Below the pieces are notes generated by a model. That model was not told the origin of the DNA, searched no databases, and saw nothing but the letters and a program-made list of their open reading frames with translations. The position numbers and the translations under genes were made by a program. From Octopus sinensis (lineage: Eukaryota), in NCBI RefSeq assembly GCF_006345805.1, contig NC_043004.1, forward strand, positions 49,848,001-49,912,000: a stretch of 64,000 bases of DNA, given 5' to 3'. This document shows, piece after piece, positions 54,151 through 64,000 of this stretch. Each line of letters opens with the position of its first letter. The stretch's first letter is position 1.

Positions 54151-54572
54151 TATAGACATATTATACCCTTTTGGAATCAGGATGTTCCCGGGATTGAAAA
54201 TGCTTATTCTATCGGGGTCTTTTGACGAACTTCTAGGCTCTGCGGGCGTAAAATCAACAATACCAGTTGTCAAGCGGTCGTGGGACACATACGCACACGG
54301 GTTTCTTTCAGTTTCTGCCCAAATCCACTTGCTAAATGTATTTTGTGGCTTGGAAGCAAGCTTCTTACTACACAGTCATGCCTGCGCCTATATATACACA
54401 CGGTGTCCCAAAAGTCCCTGATGAGTTTCAATTTTTAATAACATCCTGAACTTTACAATAAAACGCATGAAAGTTTGATTTAATATAAAAGACATAATGG
54501 AAATTAATATGTACAAATCAAATTTTGCAACACCACTACATCACATATGAAAAATAGCATCACTTAAGTGTG

Positions 54573-54652
<80 letters not shown>

Positions 54653-55386
54653 CGTGTGTGTGTGTGTGTGTTTGTGAGTGAAAGAAAATGAAGCAAACAT
54701 GGACGGCTTATTCTGAAACACCCTCGAGTGAAGAACGGTTCTCAAAAATAACCCCCAGTTGTTTTCCCCTAAATGCCTATGTTCTCGGAATCTACATAGT
54801 CCGAGGTATATTTGTAGAGAATTTCGTTAAAAAATATCCATTTTATTGAAAGTTAAGACGAATTGAAGTGGACGCCGGTGAATTTTCCGAAATTCCCCAC
54901 CACACCCCATCCTAAAACACTTTCCCGCAAAAGTTTTATATATTCGAAATCTACTTGATATAACACATATTCGTAGATAATTTCATTAAAAAATATACAT
55001 TTCTCTGATAGTTATGATTATCCAAAGTCGTGGTGGGGAGGAGTAATCTATAGTTAAGCCTAAATTATAAAGCTCTAAAAGAGATGGGAGATGCCAAAAG
55101 CTAACATATATGTTTCGATTTATGCCCCTGGGTCATTAGTAATTCTAAGCTTTTGGATTGGGTATTGTGCTAAAAATACTTCATCATTTTCAACTATATG
55201 GGGTAAAATCTCATCAGGGTTGTATGAGTTTATATGAACTTACACAACAAAGGTTAACATATTTCTTGAAAGGATGCATATGAATTACTAATAGGTTTAA
55301 GAAGTTAGATCATATATTTTATGCGTAAGTATTCAGCTTGTGAATTATAGATGTGAGTAAAAATAAATAGCATACAAAGAAAGATA

Positions 55387-55812
55387 GGCGCAGGAGTGGC
55401 TGTGTGGTAAGTAGCTTGCTTACCAACCACATGGTTCCGGGTTCAGTCCCACTGCGTGGCACCTTGGGCAAGTGTCTTCTGCTATAGCCCCGGACCGACC
55501 AATGCCTTGTGAGTGGATTTGGTAGGCGGAAACTGAAAGAAGCCCGTCGTATATATGTATATATATATATGTATATGTGTGTGTGTGTGTATGTTTGTGT
55601 GTCTGTGTTTGTTCTCCTAGCATTGCTTGACAACCGATGCTGGTGTGTTTACGCCTCAATTACTTAGCGGTTCGGCAAAAGAGACCGATGAAATAAGTAC
55701 TGGGCTTACAAAAGAATAAGTCCCGGGGTCGAGTTGCTCAATTAAAGGCGGTGCTCCAGCATGGCAGCAGTCAAATGACTGAAACAAGTAAAAGAGTAAA
55801 GAGTAAAAGAGT
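55387..55812 (+). mobile_element. SINE family A, full length
   Basis: Complete head-to-tail match with the 8305 copy; (AAAGAGT)x3 tail. Confidence 0.92.
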
Positions 55813-56035
55813 ATATCTAAAGAAAAATATTAATGTATGTAAAATAGTATATAAATTTAAATAAAAGGAAAAAGCAATACTTAAATGGGCAAGGAAAGGA
55901 TTATATAATAAAATAAGTGAAGGATAAGCTAGATCGTAAAAAATTATTGGTCGACTGTTGTAGGTGAATCATTTTCAATGGTTTGGTAATAGATACAGTT
56001 CAGGAGATGTATAGATGAGTAGCGTTCATGTCATA

Positions 56036-56520
56036 TCTATTATATACAATCCGTTCTGTCTGTCTGTGTGTCTTCTAGAATCTCGGGCATCCTCCATCCG
56101 ATTGCGCTGAAATTTGATATGTAGATACCGACTGTATCAGGGCGTGTATAGTCTTGAAAGAATTACAAAAATCGATTCCAGGTGAGAATGCGATCGTTAA
56201 AGCCGTTTTTGTCCTACCTTTCTTCCGTCAACCTGTACATAACTACACCTTCCATTTTTCGTTGTTTTTGTACTGCTTAAAGGCACGTTCCTTTCCTGCC
56301 AAGCTTACTAATTAAACCATGTTTGTGTTCTCCCAGTCAACAGCTTTATCATTACTGGTACTTTAAACTCTTCGGTTGCATATTTGTGTGAATAAAATCG
56401 TTTTTCTTTGGACTAGAAAAAATCTATCTTTATTTCTTCTTTTGCTGGTGTCTCAAATTTGGGTTAAATCAGTGTTTCTCAAAAGGGAGGCCTATGGGAA
56501 GGTCAAACAAGTTGTTTTGT
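56036..56520 (+). mobile_element. Non-autonomous Helitron-like element, 5' portion
   Basis: Colinear with 2491-2990; A|TC start. Confidence 0.6.
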
Positions 56521-57146
56521 AGCATAATATATCTTTAATTATTAATTATTAACTAAATAAGTAAGTAAATCGGAGATCATTTCATTACATGTAGGAATAG
56601 TGCATTACGTTATATAAAGAAAAAGCGCAGTATTTGTATTTATGATCGATTTTTTTTGCTAAGGTAGATTAGGACTGTTTAGTAGTTAAACCGAGTGTTG
56701 ATATTTAAAGGTAATTTAACAAATATGAATTATAATATAATTTAATTTACTCTATGCCTAGAATTACTAATCACATAGGGACATGAATCGAAACATATAT
56801 GTAGGTTTTTGGCATCTACCATTTGTTTTAGAGCTTTATAATTTATGATTTATTAGCAATGTTTTTATAAAAAAATACTTTCAGCCTCATTATATCATAC
56901 AAATAAATTATTTATTCATGCATAATTCTCCATGTTCTTCTTTCATCCTTATTAACAATATGTATCACTATAATAATCCCTAACATATCGCCGAGACTTT
57001 CTCCTTATATGACAGTGATTCACCGGTGAAATGTTTGGATTATTTAATAACTAATGAGGACCAGACATCCTCGAATTGACTGAATACTATTAACACACGT
57101 ATCAGTGTGTATATGCATTTATATTTATGTATGTATATTAATATAT

Positions 57147-57174
57147 ACTAGCTGGACCCGTGAAAATTCACGGG
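57147..57174 (-). mobile_element. Canonical Helitron 3' terminus
   Basis: Minus strand: hairpin CCCGTGAA-TT-TTCACGGG, 5 nt, then CTAG|T. Confidence 0.7.
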
Positions 57175-57287
57175 AAACGTTAAAAATATAAGCATCTGTA
57201 AACAGTGTAGTGGTGCCGTAAGAAATGTTTGTATATTATGACCGTCTGTCTTTACATTCTGAGTTCTAATTCTGCCGTGGTCGACTT

Positions 57288-57665
57288 TGGCCATATTCGA
57301 TAACGAGGGGGCAGCCACCATATATGTATGTATATGTGTGTGTGTCTGTGCATGTATATGTGTATGTATGTATGTATGTATGTATGTATGTCGGTAGGTA
57401 GGTATGCATGAATGTATATATACACGTATATACATATATCTATATACAAATACATAATCCGTGAAGGGTATGTGCAATGATTTTTCGCAAAGACATATGC
57501 ACATATATGCGTACATGCATGTATATATATATATACATATATATATAATGAAATAAAGGTAGGAGTCGATATTAATCAATTAAAACCAGTGGCTTGGCGA
57601 TTTGACGTTTTAAGCTTAGCATATTTGGTGTCCACTTTAGTGGTCACTCCTGTTAATTATGTATG

Positions 57666-57724
<59 letters not shown>

Positions 57725-57748
57725 CACATATATTATATATATATATAT

Positions 57749-57779
<31 letters not shown>

Positions 57780-57844
57780 GTATATATGTATATATATATG
57801 TATATATATGTTTATATATATATGTAGAAATATATATATGTATA

Positions 57845-57880
<36 letters not shown>

Positions 57881-57927
57881 AATATATATATATATAATAT
57901 ATATGTATATATACATATATATATATA

Positions 57928-57965
<38 letters not shown>

Positions 57966-58181
57966 CATATATATATATATGCACTATAACACTATATATG
58001 TATGTATATTATTTGATATACGTAGGAGTTAATGCTGTGCATATTGCTTATTGATTGTTGTTTATCTTCCGCTAGAGTACTTAGTTGGTATCCTCCCATA
58101 AACGAAACACCTTGTGTGTATGTATATATGTGTGTGTGCGTGCGTGCGTGCGTGTGTTTATAAAACACACAGCCGCACACG

Positions 58182-58226
<45 letters not shown>

Positions 58227-58394
58227 AAGGTGAGGTGAATAGATTGTCATCTAAATTACGCAAGAATGAAAAAAAAAGCCGATTCTCATTTTAACAGATG
58301 TATTTACCAAAATTACATAAATATCTTGCAATACTAAAGAGTAAATTTATTCAAAAAGATTACTGGGAATTTTATGTTTTCGCTTAGAGTAAAA
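57288..58394. repeat. Right arm of the inverted duplication
   Basis: See 52324-53408. Confidence 0.9.
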
Positions 58395-59170
58395 ATTGTC
58401 AAATTTTTGCATAATTCATAGAAGATATATATCTAAACAAATTCCGGGAAACAGAATGACCAAATCTAAAATGCCTATTCTGAATTATGTCATTATATTT
58501 GTTTCATTATGAGAGGAGTGTCTGTTTATTACCCGACGTGTAGCTTTACGTTTGTTTTTACTTGCTTAGCGAAGGGCAATATTAACCAGATAATATTCTC
58601 CTTTATTTCATTTTTACTAGAATTGAGATTAACATCGTTTGTTATAGTGGATTCATATAAGGTATGCAATTTTTAATTTCATTTTTATATTGTAATTAGT
58701 GTTAATGTTGCTATTATTATTGCAAGCTTTCATGTTCTTATTTATCTGATCAATGGCTAATTTATTATTTATATTTTTCTGATTTTAGTCATAACCTGCT
58801 TTTGGTTTATGTCTGGAGTGTAATATATGTTAATATATGTATGTTTATGTTGTTATTATCAATATCAGGATATGCGTTAGTTTAAGGTCTATCTTTATCG
58901 TTTCTACTACTCTGTTTCTATATTGGTCATTTTTGTTCACTATATAGTTATTATATAATCTAATATTATATTTAAATTTCTCCATTTTTCCAATGGAAGT
59001 TTTCAAGTTAATTTTTATATGTATTATGCATATTTTAATATGATAAAAATTGATATAATATAATATAATATAATATAATATAATATATGTGTGTGTGTGC
59101 ATATATTAGACAGAATGAGATGACAAAGCCAAGACTGTAAGAAGTTTTCAGGACATTTATAAGGAAAAAG

Positions 59171-59216
59171 TCTTACAGCTGTTTCTGGGATATTATGAAT
59201 ATCCCTTCATCAGAGA
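59171..59216 (-). ncRNA. Type I hammerhead-like fold (PLE type)
   Basis: TCT-CTGATGA-A-GGGATATT-CAT-AATATCCC-A-GAAAC-AGCT-GTA-AGA: 8-bp stem II, palindromic ACAGCTGT stem III, 3-bp stem I. Confidence 0.6.
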
Positions 59217-59378
59217 TGGTGTGAGGTTAAATAGAGGAAATATTTGAGTTCAAATTATTATGGAAAAGGAGGAGATAGGGAATATAGAAGGATATATAGA
59301 CTCTTTGGGTCTTCTAAATACCAATACCTCTTATATATGTGTGTGTATGTGTGTATGTGTATGTGTATGTGTATGTGC

Positions 59379-59449
<71 letters not shown>

Positions 59450-59704
59450 TATATATACACATATATATACACATATATATATATAGGTAACAATAATATC
59501 AATACGTTAACTTTTTGTTTATGTACCTACCTGTGGTGTGTCACACTTCAAAGAAGTGGCAAAGCGAGAGAGAAGAGGCCAGAGAGGAAGTAAGAGAGGG
59601 AGATAGAGTGAGAGAGAAAGAGAGAGAGAGTGAAGGAAACAATGAGTGGTGACGGCGTTCATTGCAAGAGAAGTAGATACATAGCTACATATACACATTG
59701 TTAA

Positions 59705-60320
59705 ATGTGTTGCCCTGCAGCAGAAGAACTCCATGCTGCCGATTAGGTCTTTTATCTTGAATAGCCGTGTTGAGTCGTTCCACTTGTTGAACATAGAGTT
59801 CCGCGTTGACAATTTGGTTCCGATCAAGCAATTCGTAATGGATAATTCCTTCCCAGTCCCACCATATGCACAACATCGTCTTACACGGATGAAGATCTTG
59901 TTTCACGCTTGTTTACCGTGGCTAAGCCATTCTTTACGTTGCTTCATATTGATGTAAAGGCACTATTTTTCGTCACCAGTAACGATTCGGTAAAGAAATC
60001 GCTGCTTGTGTCCATGAGTTGAGCGGTGACGAACAAGCAATGCAGCGGAGATTGTAGCTCGTTGATTTTTGTTATTGTCACTTAAAGCATGTGGAACCCA
60101 TGTTCTACACTTCTGAACCTCTCCCATCGAGTGAAGATGATTCTCTATAGCAGTGTGGGAGCATTCCATTTTCTCTGACAGTTCCCTTGTCGTTTGACGA
60201 GAATTTTTGTGCAAAAGTTGGTTTGATCGCTCTTCATCGAACTCAACTGAACGGCCAGAACGAGGTGCGTCTTTGAGGTCAAAATTTCTATTTTTGAACT
60301 TGGCATACCAATCACGAGCT
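59705..60320 (-). mobile_element. Mariner transposase fragment, truncated at both ends
   Basis: DAPRSGRS, RTWVPHALS, RIVTGDEK, MLCIWWDWEGIIHYELL, VLLLQ. Confidence 0.92.
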
Positions 60321-61450
60321 TTTCTAGATTGGACAAAAACTGAATTAGCAAAGCTAGACAGAAGAGCCAGGAGGGAATTCAATATGAATGGAGGATTCCA
60401 CCCAAGGATAGGAGTAGCAAGATTATGCCTACCTAGAAAGGAAGGCGGAAGAGGGTTAATATCAGTAGAAGACTGCATGGAGTTAGCTAAAGTAGTTATA
60501 GACTCCTATATAGCTAATAATGAAGAAAGTTTATTAAAAGCTGCTGGAGTCATAGCAAGGCAGACATAGGGAAATCGAAACCCCAAACAAACTTAAGAAT
60601 CAGAAAAAAGAAGAACAGAAATTTTCTGACTGGCAGGAGAAGGCGTTGCATGGTAGATTTCCAAAGATAGTTTACAGCAAAGAGTAATAGTGAGACATGG
60701 TTATGGTTGCAGAAAGGGAAGCTGAAGCGGGAGACAGAAAGTTTGTTAGTAGCTGCATAAGATGATGCATTATGGACTAATTGGATAACAGCCAAGATAG
60801 ACATAAACCAAGTAGATTCCCAATGTAGATTATGCAAATCAAAAGAGGAAAGTGTTACTCATATAGTAAGTGAATGAAGCATACTGGCACAGAGAAAATA
60901 CAAAAAATGACATGACAACCTAGGGAGAGTAATCCGCTGGGAGCAATGTAAAAATCTAGGATTTGAACATACTGACAAATGGTATGAACATGAACCTAGT
61001 AACTTACTAGAAAGTAAGAAATATAAGATATTGTGAGGCTTTAACATTCAGACTGGCTGAGTAATAGAAGCTTGAATGCCTAATAATAGTAAAGAGAATA
61101 GAAAGTGCAAGATAATTGACTTTACAGTCCCAAATGTTGAAAAAAATTAATATGAGGGGTATAGAAAAATAGCAAAGTACTAGGCCTTAGCTATTGAATT
61201 ATAGAGATTATGGAAAGTGCGGATAAAATGAATCCCAGTAGTTATAGTTGCATTGGGAACTATCTCCAAAGATCTGAACAGATGGATAGAGGAAATAGGC
61301 ATAAAACGCAGTTTAGTACAGCTCCAGAAAACAGTGTTATTAGGGACAGCCAGGATACTTAGGAAGGTTCTGCGCATCTAATGTTACTTGTAGCCCGATG
61401 TTAGGATTTTTTTCTTTTCCAACAGTCTAATTTGTTGAGTGTATATGAAA
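60321..61450 (+). mobile_element. R4/Dong-like LINE 3' region (post-RT, CCHC knuckle, RLE, 3'UTR) ending in (GAT)n
   Basis: RLCLPRKEGGRGL, CRLCKSKEESVTHIVSEC...HD, LQKTVLLGTARILRKVL* (stop ~61381). Confidence 0.9.
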
Positions 61451-61512
<62 letters not shown>

Positions 61513-61558
61513 GGTGGTGGTGGTGGTGGTGGTGGTGGTGGTGGTGGTGGTGATGATG

Positions 61559-61590
<32 letters not shown>
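61451..61590. repeat. (GAT)n-(GGT)n-(GAT)n compound microsatellite
   Basis: Direct reading. Confidence 0.97.
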
Positions 61591-61591
<1 letters not shown>

Positions 61592-61890
61592 CGAGTAAAG
61601 AAAAGAACGGATGGACAATTTCATAGGGATATTGAAGAAAAGACAGACTGAGTAAAAAGATGGCTATGGATGACTAAAAGTGATTGAAAACCGGAAACGG
61701 ACGCTCTAATCTGTGCTCCCCAAGAGCAAGCACTAAGAATGAATTATATCAAATACAAAATAGACAACATATCAGAAATTGATAAGTGCAGAATTTGTGA
61801 ACGCAATGGTGAAACGGTATGGGGTATTATCAGTCAATGTACGACACTATCCCAGAAAGAATATGAGACGCCATAACAATATAGCAAGGA
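61591..61890 (+). mobile_element. Second R4/Dong-like fragment (zinc-knuckle region)
   Basis: KPETDALICAPQEQALRMNYIKYKID...KCRICERNGETVWGIISQC. Confidence 0.8.
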
Positions 61891-62089
61891 TTGACGTAAC
61901 CCTTCACAAAGGTAAACAGTCAAGACGAAGAGCGCGATTCGATTCTAATAGATATTTCATTGGTTGAACGATATTTCAACAGTAAGTCTGTCTTTGTCAA
62001 GTTCAAAATAAGAAGTGATAAAAATTCAAAATTATAGAAATTTAAACGTAAAGCATGAACGAAAGCAACCAGCGTCCACTCGTTGATGG

Positions 62090-62700
62090 AACGACATCAT
62101 CAGTTTTTAAGATTCGATTTTATAACAGGCGAAAAGAAAAAACAACAGAAAAAAGAAGACGACACAAAAAAGGAAAGAAATAAGAGAAGAAGAAGAAGAA
62201 TATTTAATCAAACAGTTTTGTATAAATTTGATGATAATTCTCCTGTCATCTTATTCATTCCACCAGGGTGTGATATTAATAATCCACAAACGTATTTCTC
62301 TTCATTACATTCTGAGAAGTGAAAGCGAAGCAGATCCAGAATATTTTCCGAGAATATGCGCTTTCAAGTCTTCTTCAAAATTGAAGCCGCTTGAAACGAA
62401 ATGTTCAGCAAGTTCTGTCGAACTACTGCTATTGTGCCTGACGTCGAATCTGTGCCCATTAAACCTTTTGTTTAATTGTTCTGTTGTACAACAAACATAA
62501 ATCAAGTTGTGTTTCATGCATTCTGCAGCGTACACCAAATGGGAATCTCTACATGTCCCACCCTCTGTATAAATCATAACATTTTTGCTATGTTTCCTGC
62601 AGGGATTCACTTTACTCATGTTGTTGCACAATGAACAGGGCTTACCTCTCTTGCGGCCGTTTTTCAAGGCACAGCGTGCAGATACTTCAATGTTCGTTTC
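62090..62700 (-). mobile_element. Penelope-like GIY-YIG endonuclease fragment and downstream region
   Basis: CRDSHLVYAAECMKHNLIYVCCTTEQLNKRFNGHR is a degenerate VY-YVG..T...L..RF..H motif, preceded by a CxxC. Confidence 0.8.
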
Positions 62701-62859
62701 CTTACAATGTTATGTTCTTTGATTATCTCCCTTGAAAACACGTTCATCATTTCCACATAACCTATGGTGGCGTTGCTGATTCCAAAGTTTATTTTCGTTT
62801 CTCTATTAGTAATTTTACTCGTGTATCTATCTTAAAATGAACTGCTTGGGAGAGGTCTG

Positions 62860-63110
62860 CGGAGGATGACTTGACAAGCCTTGACTATTGGGATCGACTC
62901 AAAAATATCAGGCTTTGCTCTCTCCACCGCTGCTATGAGCTCTATACCATCTGTATGATGTGGAAAATATTCCATCAACATTGCCCGTCTTTAAAATTCG
63001 TCCGAGGCTTGGCCCCCGTGCCATCCGACCACTACAGGAATGTTCGTGTCGTATCACAACACCATGACAGAACTATAACCTTTAAAAAAAAGCATGACAA
63101 CGTGGGTAGA
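62860..63110 (+). mobile_element. CR1/L2-like LINE C-terminal relic
   Basis: LDYWDRLKNIRLCSLHRCYELYTICMMWKI (cf. LSYWERLKxLxLYSLQRRRERY). Confidence 0.6.
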
Positions 63111-63317
63111 GGCTGAATTCTTAACATTTCTGATGGTCTTAAGTGTAGAAAAAAAATATTAAAGATTTATATACATTCAGAGTATGTCTATACGCTATTG
63201 TATTTATTTTGAATTTTTATCACTTCTTATTTTGAACTTGACAAAACAGACTTACTGTTGAAATATAATCAACCAATGAAATATCTATTACAATCGAATC
63301 GCGCTCTTTGTCTTGAC

Positions 63318-63357
<40 letters not shown>

Positions 63358-63366
63358 GTTATTGTT

Positions 63367-63400
<34 letters not shown>

Positions 63401-64000
63401 TGCTTGTAAGAGACATCTTTTCTAAGCTCGTGAGGTATTGTTGAATTTCGTTATTTTAAAGTAAGATATTTGTATTTTTGCCGTACCATCTTTCTAATAA
63501 TCTAACTTGCATCCTCTGGGGTTAGTTGGCTTCTTCATTTGCGTGCCCTTCGGTGTGAAATTCGTGTTATATTCTAAAAATCAATTCACTTCTTAAAAAC
63601 AACAAAACCTGGCGTTCAATTTTTCGGCAAATTCCCACGGTATGAAACTAGAGATGGGAACAGCTGTTTTGATACCGACTTTGTGGCACTGTAGCAGAAC
63701 AGCATCAACCCCCACCACCACTATCATAACCAAACCAACCTAGACAACAACAATAACAGTAGCAACAATAACTACAATGACAAGACAAATGAAAAATGAA
63801 AACATAATAGCAACAACGAAATTGAAAACGACAAAAATGGGACCGTACAACAAAGAAAAACATCAATTTTCGATTCAACACACCTGCAAGTTCCACCTCC
63901 ATTATCACCGACACCATTACACCAATACAAAAATGAAAACAACGAGCAATTCTAATTTTAGCGGTTTCGCCGACGCGACTCGCTCTATAGTGAGGAAAAT

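Noticed and set aside
55060-56850. Inverted match between 55060-55150 and 56757-56850, inside the large duplication
   Set aside because: Much more diverged and off-centre; better explained as two copies of a dispersed repeat. Its CTAATGA...GAAAC motif lacks a proper stem II.
61427-61651. Poly-His, poly-Asp/Gly and poly-Met ORFs
   Set aside because: Translations of the (GAT)n(GGT)n microsatellite between LINE fragments.

Overview
AT-rich, repeat-saturated eukaryotic DNA. I infer a cephalopod, probably Octopus, from the SINE families, the (TACA)n/(TA)n/(CA)n/(TAA)n load and the R4/Dong, RTE and Penelope relics. I can support no host protein-coding exon; nearly all ORF-track entries are microsatellite translations or transposon relics. 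Solid features: one intact tRNA-Arg(TCG) gene (152-224); about 15 copies of a ~420-bp tRNA-headed SINE plus three other SINE families; decayed Tc1/mariner elements (mariner, Tc1, maT-type); R4/Dong-, RTE-, CR1- and Penelope-like fragments; Helitron ends; and several inverted-repeat elements. Most interesting: (1) type I hammerhead ribozyme folds found by eye, including an outward-facing pair in the arms of a ~580-bp inverted-repeat element (18813-19394) and solo motifs at 23954, 43173 and 59171; (2) R4/Dong-like 3' ends sitting in three different microsatellites (TACA, TAA, GAT); (3) a 1.1-kb inverted duplication and a 177-bp fold-back with template-switch signatures (51675-58394). Boundaries of decayed elements are approximate, and family names come from recalled motifs, not database searches.
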